64,000 nt of DNA from Chrysomallon squamiferum (GCA_012295275.1 CM022671.1:24366001-24430000), one strand, 5' to 3'. Counted from the first letter of the stretch, positions 39,934 to 54,236 are shown. Program-made: numbers and translations. The notes: generated from the sequence alone by a model not told the origin.

Positions 39934-40345
39934 ACCCTCTTACATTCAATTTTTCAACAATTTAAATTCGTTTTTACAGCTATAATTTATGTTTTAAATT
40001 TGTTTTTACAGCTATAATTTATGTTTCAAAAGTGAACATGTTCTTCAAACGAATATATTTCGATTGAAAAATTAAATATAATTTAAAAAAAACAAAACAA
40101 CAACATATCTTTGTAGTTGCTGATTTTGAGAATCGATCGTTGTGTCTATCAGTTTAATATTAGAAGGCTTAACCACTAAATCACAAAATAATCAGTAAGA
40201 TTTATTGCTCCAGATTTACTTTTTTTTATACTGTAATTTAAAAGAACAAATCTATATATAATAAACATTAAGAAAAAAAGAAAAACAAAAAGGATTATTT
40301 ATTTATTAATTATTAACATGTGTATGTGTGTGTGTTTGTGTGTGT

Positions 40346-40394
<49 letters not shown>

Positions 40395-40691
40395 GACCAT
40401 CTTACATTCTTAAAATTTGTTTTTACAGCTGATATAATTTTTTATTCAAAAGTGAACATGTTCTTCAAACGAATATATTTAGATTGAAAAATTAAATATA
40501 ATTTAAAAAAAAAAAAAAACACAAAACAAACAAAAAAAAAACCCCCATAAACCCCACAGCGATAAGATGCAATAAAGCTTACATATCTTTGTAGTTGCTG
40601 ATTTTGAGAATCGATCGTTGTGTCTATCAGTTTAATATTAGCCACTAAATCACAAAATAATCAGTAAGATTTATTTCTCGAGATTTCCTTT
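39794..40691. repeat. Tandem duplication, 2 x about 440-460 bp, each containing (TG)n
   Basis: Blocks atactgtaattt, caaaagtgaacatgttcttcaaacgaata and acatatctttgtagttgctgattttgagaatcgatcg each occur twice in the same order. Confidence 0.9.
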
Positions 40692-40699
40692 TGAAAACT

Positions 40700-41460
40700 C
40701 CTGTAAGATTTTAAAGTAAATTTTCTGCAACTTAATATTACACCTTTACTATCTGAATTCAGAACAGATATAATTTAATATATCTGTTTTATCTTTTGTT
40801 TGACATGTAAAATGCATATCTAGTTTGCTCATAAAGCTAATCTTTAAAGTTTACTGTCTGAATTCATATAAATAAATAATAAATAAGTTTTATAATGCGT
40901 TTCAGCTGTATAATGAATATTCATCTTTTTCCAAACTAATTTTTAAAGCTTACTGCATGAATTTACTTTCAGAAATAATTTAACAGAGCATTTCTTTTGT
41001 CAAAGGATTTATCTTTCTTATAACGCGTAAATTTTAATATTTATAACAGGAATTCATTTCAGAAATTATTTAATGGACTAGTTATGTCACCTATTTAAGC
41101 TGTAAACTGAAGATCTGTCTTTTATATTTATGTTATGAATTCATTTAAGAAATAAAATAATAGATTATTTCTATCATTTATTTTATCTGTAAAATGGTTA
41201 TCTGTCTTTCTTTTAAACTAATCTTTAATGTTTATACAGAAATTCATTTCAGAAATAATATAACAAATTATTTTTTTTTCACCTGTTTTATCTATAAAAT
41301 TAATATCTGTCTTTCTTTTGATGTTTATAATAGAAGTCCATTTCAAAAATATTATAACCACCTATTTTATGTGTAAAATGAACACCTGTCTTTCTTATAT
41401 AGCCTAATCCTTAATGTTTATAACAGGAATTCCATTTCAGAAATAATACAACAGATTAGT
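40700..41460. repeat. Degenerate minisatellite, about 8 x 96 bp
   Basis: Anchor gaattcatttcagaaat variants near 40755, 40860, 40959, 41050, 41137, 41240, 41333, 41427. Confidence 0.75.
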
Positions 41461-41893
41461 TCGTTCAAATCTTTCAAATTATTATATTTCGTGATATGTA
41501 ACAGGTGTTACCCGCTGTTAGAGTTACGTTCGACAAGGTAAGTGTTACAGTTATGGGGCTAAAACAAGTTCTCGTTTGTTTGGCTATCGCGTAATTTCTC
41601 TCTCTAATATCAACCAATGAAACAGAGCACGCGCAGGAACAACGTAATTGACGCCTACAGTTTACCGATGCCAGAGTAAACATCTCGTTATTGGAACCGT
41701 TTCAGAGCCGCACCTGGTGAAAGGTTTGTTCGCAGTGCAAAGATACATCATGAACTAGTCTATTTTTTTAAAAAAAAAAAAAATCTCACACAGAGAACTC
41801 CATGTTAAATATATCCATCAACCTACCGTTAATTAATTCATATTATAACTTTGCAAATAAAATTCCTTGTTCTTTAGCGTCTTAATTTTCGAG

Positions 41894-42117
41894 CAGTGAC
41901 GTCACTGTACAGTTCCGCGTATTTATTTATAGAAAGCGATCCATAAATAGCGGCAAGAGGAGAACCTGTTTCTGCGGACTGGATATGTTACCTTTATGAC
42001 GCATGCGCGGTTCCATCCTTTCCATGCCTTCTTCTCAAAGGTGTTCGGGTTCCTCTCGTGGGCAAAAAATTCAATAATTACATCAAGAAGAACAGATTTA
42101 TAACGTTGACTGTAAGT
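41894..42117 (+). promoter_or_regulatory. Promoter-like element and probable non-coding first exon (donor gtaagt at 42112)
   Basis: Perfect CRE palindrome CAGTGACGTCACTG, MEF2-type TTATTTATAG, CArG-like CCATAAATAG, NRF1-like ACGCATGCGC, then a consensus donor. Confidence 0.5.
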
Positions 42118-42526
42118 ATTGTTTAATATACAAACACACGCATCTGTTCAGTTATATTGTGATGATTTACAGATATTAATATTATTAATAATGTTAAACA
42201 TATAGAAATGTAACATACGAATGACTAACTAAGTAACTTCTTTCACGTTCAGATTTTCTTAACGTGTGGTAATTAGTATTATAATAACCTAGATGGTTAC
42301 ATCCACAGTGTATTCTTCAAGTTCGTGATGAAATAATTCTTCACAAAATAATTATTTTAAAAATTGTAATAAACAATTTAATTTTTGGATGATATACTGA
42401 CACAAATATGGAATGAAAATATTTATTTTCGAAAGTGTTTTTAAATTTTTATTATATTTTTGTATTAATTATATTTGTCTTGGCAACTAACATCATTAAT
42501 ATAATATTACATTTCTAATCAAATAT

Positions 42527-42920
42527 ACAGTTTACTTCATAGAGAAATAGTTTTCTTGTATATTTAAAATTTATTTTACAGTCTTATTTTGAACAATGTA
42601 TTTCATAGACAAATATCTTAGATACACATTTACAATGTACTTCATAGATAACTATATCTGACATATTTTTATCTGATCTGTTAATTTTTTTTTTCGAAGT
42701 ATTGCATAACTACCTGTTTCTGATTCATTTGTGCGATGTATTTCGTAAACAGCTATTTCTTATTCATTTTTACGATATTACTCATAAATACCTGTTATGA
42801 TTCATACTTAAAATGTATTTCATCGAAAAAATATTTCTAATTCCTACTTCTTATAAAACTGTTTCATATTCATTTTTATAATATACATTATATAATTAGC
42901 TACTTCTGATCCATTTTTTT
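42527..42920. repeat. Degenerate minisatellite, about 39 bp unit
   Basis: Anchor aatgtatttcata variants near 42595, 42634, 42696, 42735, 42774, 42812, 42880. Confidence 0.65.
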
Positions 42921-43333
42921 CTCAGCATTTCGTTTTTATTTGAGTTCAAGGAACAAATGGTTAAATTAAGGGGCAGGAACGAAGGGGTAGTTCGGTTAAT
43001 AAATTAAATATATTTATTTATTTTCTTTGCCCAGTACCTTTGTTGTAGCTGGTCTTTCCTTGTAGATTAGAATACCTTCCTTCTCTTCCCTACATGTGTG
43101 CATTTTGCCTTTATTTTATTATTTTTATTTGTGTTTTCAGACGTATAATTTTCATTTCTTCGATTCCTTTTCTAAATATTAGTTATCGCTTTCTGCAAAC
43201 CTGTTTTTAAACTGAATATATAATTTACAAGTATGAACCAGTTTTATTCTCTTCATAATTTATTTTTGTTATATTACATCTCGACAATGTTAGTATTTAA
43301 ACCCATTATTTATATTTTAGTGTATCACTAAAA

Positions 43334-43377
<44 letters not shown>

Positions 43378-44055
43378 TGATGATGATGATGATGATGACG
43401 ATGATGACGAAAACAATGTTTGTTTCAGTAAAAGCCCACATATGTTTAATTAACAGTTCTGAAACAAGAGAGATAGCGTGACTTTATCTGGAATGAGAAA
43501 AAAATAAATATAATATCAGTTTTCATTATATATATATAACACTTAAATATCCTTTGCTATCGTTCTTGTATCACTGAAATCTGAGAACTCGTAGGGGGCA
43601 AGCCAGTGCGTGCTTACTGAAGAAAAATACACATCTATCATTTCCAGAATATTTATTCCAAAAGTTAAGTGCCTTTCAGTGTAGTATACCCAGTAAACTG
43701 TAATCGTAAGAAATATAAATTAAACACCGCTGCCCTAAGACTGCGATGATGACAAATTTCAAGTCGTACACACGTTAATTTGACTTGCGTTATTTTCGCA
43801 TCTTCACTGAAAATAACGTCTGCGGATTTAAAGCTTTGTCATTTATTAGACATAAGTTAGTTAGCTACAAGCGCCTTGTGCTAACCAGACGATACACAAG
43901 GCACGTGCCTGCTCCTGGCAGACGCAAAGTTTTCGCGTGCGCACGGTCGACCGATGCGGTTTTGTTCGTCTGCTACGGTTCTTACCTTGCGTACGTCTGC
44001 TTTGCAACAGACAGACAGTTCCAAACTAACAGAATTCCTCAATATAATGTTTCCC

Positions 44056-44069
44056 GTTGCCATGACAAC
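44056..44069. promoter_or_regulatory. RFX X-box GTTGCCATGACAAC
   Basis: One mismatch from the palindrome GTTGCCATGGCAAC, inside a CpG-rich patch. Confidence 0.5.
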
Positions 44070-44737
44070 CAATTCGCTCAGACTTAAGATGTAGTCGGGA
44101 CTATTAACAGTGAGAATGATATTCATATGAATGTAGCATTATAGCGATAATTGTTGCATGAGAGCTGAGTGCGTGAGTAAACCTGGATTTTTAACAGTAG
44201 GTGAACAACAACAACAACAACAGTAATAAAGATGGATGATGATGATGACGACATTTAGGATAATAATTATAAATTTTGCAAATTATCTAAAGAATGAATT
44301 ATAATTTCATTAATTCTTCGACTTTCATTACGTAAAGTTCTTTTCTCTAAAAAGAAGATGAGAATTGCTCACCGAATAACTTTTATCTATACATAAAATC
44401 TAAAACAAAATCTTATTACATGATTCAAAGCAAGGCTGATGTTATCTTCAAACCATGTTCATATATAGCTGAACAAACCTTAATACTCAAAATTTCAGAG
44501 ATATCTGTGAACAGAAATATAATTTAGTGTGTAATATTATAAGGTGTAATAAAGTTCCCACATGCATTTCAGAGTGTAAGAAATATATATATTTTTTTTA
44601 AATTTAAAATAGTTTTCCCAAGATTGTGTATGAAATAATATTTTTTTATTAGAACAGTTTGCCAAGGACGTGTATGATTTTTAATTTTTAAGTTTTTTTT
44701 AATATAGACTTTAAAACTATCTTTTACAGTGTGCAGT

Positions 44738-44777
<40 letters not shown>

Positions 44778-45268
44778 TGTAATGGTTTCAGTTTATTTAT
44801 TAATTTATTTATCATTTCTATTACTTCTATGATTTTATTATACATACTTTATTATATTTTACCTCTTTATTTTTTCGGTTTTTTTTTTTTTTTTTTTGTA
44901 GTTTTGGAATCTCTGTATATTCTAGGTTAAAAAAAAATCATATCGTGGATCGCACCATCGCTATCTTTTAAACGGTTGCCAAGTTTTTTTCTTCAAGTTT
45001 GTCTTTGTTGTTAGTTCTAGAAAATGAAAATTAGGTGGCTTGTCTATTTAAAAAAGAAATGAATGGTTGCCAAAATGTCTTGACCAATTTCGCTTATTTA
45101 TATAAACACACACACACACACACACACACGCTAATTATTTTACTTTGTTAAATATCATTCGGGTGTATGAATGTTTGCAAAAACAAAGTATACATTATGT
45201 ATACTCAAATGATCACATCAGTTGTTAATGGAAATCAATTATGAAATTACTTTTCTTTTTTTTTCTTC

Positions 45269-45337
45269 TTTTTCGTTATGATATGAGAAAGGAATACACA
45301 GTTTTTTCGTTATGATATGAGAAAGGAATACACAGTT
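45269..45337. repeat. Perfect tandem duplication, 2 x 34 bp
   Basis: tttttcgttatgatatgagaaaggaatacacagt occurs twice. Confidence 0.92.
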
Positions 45338-45489
45338 GCAATCCATATCGATTATAGGCAAGAAGAGTTATTTATATATCTTCCCATAGACAGTCAATAC
45401 AGTTATAATATAGTCACAAGTCACTGACTATAATGAGAACAAGCCTAATTATCATACTGATTAACGAAATAGATGGTTAGAAAACATTC

Positions 45490-45538
<49 letters not shown>

Positions 45539-46033
45539 TTAACCATCTTGAAATAATTAGACCCTTTCTGTTTTTCTCTTTCTTTCTTTTTGTTTAATTT
45601 TTCATTACGTTTAGAAATATAGTAAAATAATTTATACGTGTATATATGTATTTCTGATTTTACCTTTTCTGTACAATGTGGCATGCCTTATAAACTTTTG
45701 GCTAATTCTGCAGAATGTTTAAACCTTCCATAAAGGTAAAAAGTCATTGATAACCAATATTACACCAGAAACATCTTGCAGACCAGATACAGGTTATATT
45801 TTCATTATCATTTCTCTTCGCTTCCAGAGCTAAATACCATCTTTAAAACGCTGTTTCTGAGCAATATTACAACAAGCATAGCTGGCTGTATACTTAAGTT
45901 ATTTCTTATGTAATTCATCACTTAATTTAATGTGGTATTTTAGAATTGTGTAATACAACAGTTTTCTTTGATACAAGGTAAATATGGTCACTTATATCAG
46001 TGTCCAGTTCGGGTAGTCAATCGGACAGCAGGA

Positions 46034-46050
46034 ATGGACCAGTATCCATG
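46034..46050 (+). CDS. Candidate short alternative first coding exon (MDQYP) of an unidentified gene
   Basis: ggaATGG start context, ATG|gtaagt donor, phase 2; Inr-like TCAGT near 45997. Confidence 0.3.
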
Positions 46051-46354
46051 GTAAGTGGCCTGACTTTGGATTGGTTATGATGATGACCAGTATGTGTTTT
46101 TATTAGTAGATTCAGTCGTGAAGAGAATGTTTAGATACATTTTATGCTCTCCACAATCAGAAGTTTGAAATCTAATTTAAAAAAAAAAAAAAAAATAAAT
46201 AAAAAATAAATAAATAAATAAATAAAGAAGTAAAATGGAAATAAAATAAGGAATCAGTTTATATACCTGTTTAAAAAAAAAAAAAAAAAAAAAAATAAAG
46301 AATTAAATGAAAAAAGAAAGAAAGAAAGAGAATAAAACAAAAATATGAAAAATA

Positions 46355-46402
<48 letters not shown>

Positions 46403-47196
46403 TATTACTGGTAGTCGTGGTATGGTATCAGAAATAGTAGTACTAATAGTAACAGTAATAGGAACAGTAGTAGTAGTGGTAGCAGTAGTTATAGTAGCAG
46501 TAGTAGCAGGAACAATACCAAAGTTATTAGCGATAATATTGTTATATTTACTATGCATTCATTCTGAACAATAAAATTCTCCGTATATAAATACTCGAAC
46601 AAACGTGTAGAAGTTTTAATGTACGCGCATGCGTGAGTGCGTACGTGCATATGCGCGTGTGCATATATGTATGTATTTTACCTTTATCAATTTTGATGTG
46701 AGCAGATCCTATAAACAAATAGTTATCTTGTATAGATTCTTTGTGTGAAGAAAGAAAAAAAACTAAATTATGAAACAGTATGGCGTGTAAAGCAAGAAAA
46801 CTAGTTAAGTAAAAATAAACAGATGATTTCTTTGGTTCGAACAAAAAGTTTAAAAAAACAAAAACATATCATCGGTGTGGCGGCTTGAAGTCTTTAGATA
46901 AAATCAAACATATCATACAACAAATAATAATATATTGTAGTTAAAAGTTAGGGCGATTTCCCTGTCATTTTAATTTCACGCGAATGAATAGACTGGATAA
47001 TTGGGGTCCAGATATTAAAGTCTGTAGAATCACGAGAAAATGTCGTAACCGATGACACCCTGACTTTTCTCACTGTTTGTTTTTTTATTTTTTATTTTTT
47101 ATTTTTTATTTTTTTTTTTTAATCTTGAAAGAGATTTCATTATATTTCACACAATGATGGAATCGGCAGATTTTGAAATTCTGAAATAATTTAATG

Positions 47197-47233
<37 letters not shown>

Positions 47234-47288
47234 ATAAATAAATAATAATAAATAAATAATAACAACAACAACAATAACAACAACAGCA

Positions 47289-47339
<51 letters not shown>

Positions 47340-47735
47340 TGATGATGATGATGACGATGATGATGACGATGATGACGATGATGAAAATAATGTAGTAATA
47401 ATTCATCTTCTGATTGTGGAAATCTTTTCACAGACTAAGACGAACCATACCTGAATGTTATTGGAATCCTAAAACTTAAGATATGATTATTTCCTGACTG
47501 ATGTATTGTCTTTGTTTCCAGCTCTCTCTGAAATCTTGTACAGTTCTAGCTAGTATAGTAGTGTTTGCATCACAGATTTGAGAAGCAAATGAAAGATGTG
47601 GGGAGCATTTTGATCTTGTTTTGCAAATATACAGAGCATATTACTTTCTTTTTTATCTTTCTCATTTTTTTTCTTCTATATTAACCATATTTTCGCCTTT
47701 TCCTCTTTCTCTCTTTCATTGCATTAGAATTATTC

Positions 47736-47766
<31 letters not shown>

Positions 47767-49187
47767 GTCTCTTTGTATTACATATGTGTATGTCATATAA
47801 ATTAAATACAAATTTTAAACAGAAATTAAATTAAGAGAGAAAAAGAAAAATAAACACAAAGAAAAATATGATTGATCTTAAGAAAATTACAAATATTTTG
47901 AATGCTTGCATAATTCAATTGATAAAATGTAGATTTTAGCTCTGAAATGAATATTTAAAAATAGTTTTAGAATCTTTTTTATTTTTTTATTTTTTTATTT
48001 TTTTTACGAATGCTTTGGTAGTTAAGAATGTTACAGAATGTTTGGCCAATGAGGAACATGCGAATGGCAGATGTTTAGTTTCGTATTTCGCTACTTCCGT
48101 TATGCCACCTACCTCCTCGTGTGTAATATTTGTTTAGTACCCACCTCAGTTTGGCGATTCATCAGAATCTGTTTTAGAGAAACGAAAAAACACTCTCAAG
48201 TCTTCATTCATTCTTATAAACGCATGCATGCGTTGGTAATTTTAGAAGATATTTTTAATAAAGAACAAACAAACAGAACGATAAAACATTCCTTGAACAA
48301 ACATCCGAACACAAATATAAAGATATTCTTTTTATAATATATATACGTGTGTATGTATGTATGTATGTATGTATGTATTTATGTATGTATGTATGTATGT
48401 ATGTTTGTAAAATAAAAATAATGAAAGGAAAGAATAATTTTTGATAAATGATTTTAATTAATATTCATAAAACAAAGTATTTAAGTTAGGTTTAAAATCT
48501 TGATGTAGGAATTCAAATGTTTTTTTTAATTTATATAAAATTATCATTCGGAAAATGGATATTTTTGTTGAGTTTGAAATGGATTTTTTTCCCCTTCGCT
48601 TTTCTTTGTTTCCCTTCCTTAGTTTCTTAAAACTAAAAAAATTAAAATAATCCTCCATCAAACTAGTGTATCCAGAATGATATGTGGCGTGCCTCTTAAT
48701 GACTGTTTTGAATAAGGTATAATACATACACACATAGGTACATACATACATACATTTATATATACACATATACACTCACACACACAGATACACATAAAAT
48801 AAAAATAAAACCCAAAACCCACATACATTAATCACTTATAACCCGCAAAATTCCAGTTTTCAGAACTATTAAGATACCATCAAAGAACGAGTTAAACCTA
48901 GGCTACGATTCCAAAATTATCTAAAAGTATTCTAAAATTAACAGTTTAAACGAGGTAACAGGAGATCCATGACATATGAAAACATCGCGAGTCATACATA
49001 ACTGTCAAAGAGAAGTAATCAGTGAGGTATGTGCGTTTTATGACTGATGTATTTCTGTCTCGAGATTAGCATGCCAGCATAAACTTATTATTTTTTTATA
49101 TGTCTTCAAGTAGCCTCTTGATGTTTATTTCCTGGTGAATGTTCTATCCCAGAGTAAATTAACTGTTCTGAAATAGCAAAATAAATT

Positions 49188-49222
<35 letters not shown>

Positions 49223-49699
49223 TTGAATTTTTATTTTTACTTGTAATGGATCAGATTTAGAACGTAGCATTGCTCCAGATAATGTATAAAATATTTATCA
49301 TATATTTTTTTTAATTTTTTTTTTTTAAACACTCTTGAAGAAAAAATATAATAAATCTATATCTTTTTTATTTTCCAATGCCGTTATATTAATTATTTTT
49401 TATATAAAGTCGTGGAGGGGAAGAAGGAAATGGTTTTAGCACACTGCAGTATGAATTTCTAGAATGATGTTACTGCCTGGCTATACGTCTTATAAAAAAA
49501 TAACGTCTGATGTTGCTTGTACTACACCTTTTCTAAAATAATTACTGTTAAGCTTAGGATATTTAGCTGGCAAGACAGGATAGCAAAACAGTTTATAAAG
49601 ACACTTCGTACGCAGTGTAGAACTAATTACCATATGTTCATCCGGAGTTTTGTGAAAAACCCATGCTGTTAAGAACTTTAACCCGCTTAATGAAATTAC

Positions 49700-49990
49700 C
49701 GTTCTTTTCCGACACGACGCGCTGGTACTGAAGAGCTCAACGACGCGCCAAACTGAACGCGCGGGCCTCGATTTGTTAGCTGCACGCGAAGAACGGCGCT
49801 GACCAATCAGTAAACGTGTCTGATCAAATCAGCTTTCACCAAGCAACCAGGGAGATAACCACACCATCAAACAGATTTCTGATTAACGAGAATTGTTTTT
49901 AATATATTCCTCTTTTTTGTTTTCTCTCTGGCTCCTGGCAGTTTGTCAGCGTCGTTCTTAACAAGCCGGTTACCGAAAGGAACGTCGAGA
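49700..49990. promoter_or_regulatory. CpG-rich promoter-like patch with CCAAT box
   Basis: Dense CpGs; NF-Y-type GACCAATCAG at 49801-49810. Confidence 0.4.
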
Positions 49991-51125
49991 TAAGATATAT
50001 TTTTCGAAATGGTTTTTAAATAAGCTAAGATGATAATGGTGCTGTTTGTAGTTGTTTCGTGAAGGCAGCCTGAAGTAACAGTTGTTTTATCTATTGTCGA
50101 ACACAAATAACTCTGGTTCGGTGATTGATACTTTTAGATACATAAATATATATTAAGTATATTTTTAACTGGTTAGTTCTATATTTAGACACAGATTTCT
50201 ACAAAAATAAAAAGTATCTCTGGGTAAGATACTCTCTCACTTCATAGTAAAGATTTTTCTTTAGCAACAAATAAATCTGTGATATATATGCAATACCGGA
50301 TCAATCTAGTAGCAAAAGAAGCATTTTTATTTTTGTCGTAATATTATAAAGTTTATACATTTTTAAATACCAGTTTCAGTACATCACAAAGAAACATATC
50401 AGTTCACGACAATGTGCCTTTTGTTTAATATAAGGCCTCGTTATTACATATACTGAAGTCCCCGCACTAGCTAAATCGAGCCCTGATGATACGAATGCAT
50501 GCGAAATGATATACGTAGTTAACAATTTCAGTATCAAAAGCATGACAGGGAAGATAACATTCTAGTGCTGACGATAACACGAATTAGCATACAAAGAACA
50601 GATTATAAATATTTCGTTCACTACACAAACGCGTACACATGCACCCACCCACTTAGTTTGTGCAGTTGCCAAAATAATGATGCCATTACACAATCGGTGA
50701 AACTAAGTAAACAATATCCTAGTTCATTAGGTACGGTTAGTAACACGTGTTATTAATGATACAACTATCCGATACTGTCTTTCGTTTATTAATTATATAA
50801 GCAGTGACAACTAGAGAGAAGCATTCAGAATATGTTCTTTGTAGCTGATGTTTGTGCAATTAGAAAGCATTGCGAGACAGCTAATTACAGACGTGGCTGT
50901 TGCTGTTTGGCACCACGATGACAAACAATGAAGGAATGTAGGAACTCGTCCAGTTTGCTTTAGCAGTCTGACCAGTGTGAATGTGTCAGACTGTAATAAT
51001 CTCAGAAATGTTGCTTGGTAGAAGTCTTGTGAAACCGGCATCTTGCGATCTGGCAAAGTCACACATATTTACTGTATTATGTGTCTGTGTATTAGACGAA
51101 AAACTCGAATTATTAAGTGTACACA

Positions 51126-51237
<112 letters not shown>

Positions 51238-53035
51238 TTTGTGTATACCCACATACCCATACATCCACTCATACATAACTAATAGACACTCACACACATG
51301 TACTCAATTCGCCCTGTTTACAAATATTCACATATTTTACATATAAACAAATGCAACATATTTTTGCTGTTAGTAAACTTATTCCATTTTCAGCAGTGGA
51401 GGGACAAATTGTAAACATGTAGAAACTAATTTAAATCAAGTTATCAAACCTACGTTAAGATTTTATCCGTGAAACAGTGAATCATTTAAGATCTGTTATT
51501 TGATTAACTGTACAAATATTCTATCTTTATCCGTGTGCGTATTGTGCGTGCGTCGATCTTAGTTCGCATCGCCTTCTCAAACCATATAACATTTATAACC
51601 TTCTATCTAACAACAACTGGAGCAGTGTGTTAAACAGTTTTACCAAATTAGTTAAGAGATTAATGAAAGAAGACTTGACACCATTGTTCATATGCTTAAT
51701 TCGGGTTTTGAAAGCATTCCTGAGTTCTCGTGTTAAGACCTGCTGCGCTCTTGGCTCGACCCCCACTGTTATATCGCTCTAATAAGAAAAAATAGAAAAT
51801 CCAGCTCCCTTATTAATGAGTTTTCAACAAGATGCTCTTTTATTGGCATTACTATTTCCTATGCGCTGAAAAACAGTGATGATAAACGTTAACCGAATTT
51901 TCTATTCGTAAACACTGCAGCGCAATACCACAAGAGTAACATCTTTCATTGCCTGTTCAGACAGACAGACTCAGAATGGAGTAACTGCACTGGTAACCAT
52001 GGAGTAACGTGTTTGTATTGTTTATGCGTAAAAGTTTAATATTACTACGGCATTTGTTTCCCATACTTCTTGATATTTTTGTTATGTTTATTTTCCCCTG
52101 TCATATATTTGGAATCTGGAGATAGGAAAACAAACAGGAAAATATATCCTTTATGAAAATAATAAAATGTAATAAAAGAAAGAAAGAAAAGGTTACATTA
52201 ACGAAAGTTAACATAATTAGCAGACATAAAAAAATAATGTTACGTAACACATCATAAACGTGGAAGGTAACATTCAGTGCTAAGTGTTTGAGACTGTATG
52301 TCGAAACACATTTGGCAAGCAGAAGGCATTTTAAAAATTCGTCTTCTATGCAGTCGAGTTTTATTTCAGGACAAGGTGAGCCAATTGACCAAATTTTCTG
52401 TGACCAGAGAACTAAGGTGTACAAAAAAGTCACATCAGGTCAAACCAGAAACGACATCGTTCTACAGGTATTCTGGGAGATGGCCACGGTGTCGGTTCCA
52501 AGGCTGATCCTGGCGGTGCTATACAGCTGCTATTTCCGAAGAGCGTGCGATCTCTTCCAGTTGTTTTTCAAACACTTTTTCTTTGCAGCGCTTTGTTTAC
52601 AGTGAGTCATGCTGGCGTAGGATGACAGGAAAAAGGTTACAGCTTCTTGCAGGCTGCATACATGTCATCACGCGTAACACTGCCAGACTACTTTACCTCC
52701 GAGATTAAAGGTAGAAACGTTCAGTTTTACTTCATCTTTTGACACTGCCAGCCTAACTGGAACCAGGCGCTCACTGATTTCGCTGTTGATATAGTATTAT
52801 TATTATTATTAGCCAGCAAATGTTAAACAGACATTACTTCAATCAAGCGCTTTCGTAACTTCGGCTGCAGTTCCACGCGGTACGCTTTGTTTATAACCCT
52901 GTGCGGACAGTTCGTCTTTTCAGTCCGTCGTTGGATTATTCAGTCAGCTCCGCTTCTTCTCATAGGAACTTCTGCATTAGAAATTTTTTTTAATACGCCT
53001 CCTAACTGAACCTGGCTGGATCTCGGTAAACTTCA

Positions 53036-53157
53036 ATGACGTCGTTTAGGTCTTTTCTGCTGGAGAAACGCGAAGCTCTTGACAATTTGATGCAAGAACT
53101 GAATGAGCCACCCATCAAAGAACATTCAGCAGAGACAGAAACAAGCTCTCCCAGACA
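53036..53157 (+). CDS. Probable first coding exon of an unidentified gene (MTSFRSFLLEKREALDNLMQELNEPPIKEHSAETETSSPR)
   Basis: Non-repetitive protein-like ORF preceded by a CpG-rich leader (52600-53035); donor CA|gtatgt in phase 2; family not recognised. Confidence 0.6.
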
Positions 53158-53360
53158 GTATGTATTTTTTTTAATATATTTATATTTTGTGCAACAAAAT
53201 ATTCCAGTTATCATTGCAGAACTGAATTTGGTGGGGAAAATATTAATCTATTTGAATGCATCAATTTAATTAATAGAAGTTTATTTTTTCAAAAAATGAA
53301 AAGGATCTTCTGTTGTTAAAATACGCCTGTTAAATCATTGTTGTCATGCAAATCAAATAT

Positions 53361-53469
<109 letters not shown>

Positions 53470-53920
53470 GTTTATTTTTTTACACACATTTCTGTAATGT
53501 ATCTTTTGGCACGGAATTATCTTTTTTCTTCTTTTTCTGGCCTTGAAAAAGATCTCGCCTATAAGCCCGTCTTCAAGAACAGATAATATTACACAGACTG
53601 TCATTGTAAACAAATAATTAACTTATTTAAGTGTACTAATATGAGAAAAAATATTGAACAAGCACATGATATATAGTTTGCAAAATTAAGTAAATTGTCA
53701 CAAGATGATTTTAAAATTAATTTATTCAGTCTTTTTCCACTGTAATACCTGTAAATATATATGTATGTGTGTCAGCATGTTTATTTGTATATTTCGACAG
53801 TCCTATCATGATCTCACCAGCGTCAGATGCCGCTAACGATACTAGAACATATGGCCCCCATATTGCTATGGTTGTATGTATGCATGAATGCACGACTGTC
53901 TGTCTGCTTGTCGTTATGTA

Positions 53921-53958
<38 letters not shown>

Positions 53959-54236
53959 ATGGATGGATGGATGGATGGATGGATGGATGTAAAAAGCTCA
54001 GACCCATGTGGTGCTGTTCATACAGGATGTTTCTCTAACTCTGTTTGACACATGCCACGGATCAGCTAGCTATAACTTGTATTCTGTAAATTTTGGAAAA
54101 CATAATTAACAGCATTCTGAAGCTTTGAAATAGTAATTTAAAAACAACTTATTGTTCCATAGACAAATAGTAAACAAAACAAGATATTAAATTGTTATTT
54201 CCCGGTTTCAGGCTACATTAGATTATTAATCTGTAT

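Noticed and set aside
40700-42920. Periodic arrays considered as CRISPR-like repeat-spacer arrays
   Set aside because: Whole units are similar to each other rather than unique spacers between identical repeats; context is eukaryotic and there are no cas genes.
48976-49026. ATG-to-gtatgt segment (MKTSRVIHNCQREVISE)
   Set aside because: Phase 0, overlapped by an upstream short ORF, weak acceptors; does not fit the phase-2 set.
52101-52605. Overlapping ORFs 52288..52605 (+), 52298..52507 (+) and 52101..52433 (-)
   Set aside because: Non-ATG or weak starts, no recognisable family and no coherent splice sites; AP-1 (TGAGTCA) and Fox (TGTTTAC) motifs suggest regulatory DNA instead.
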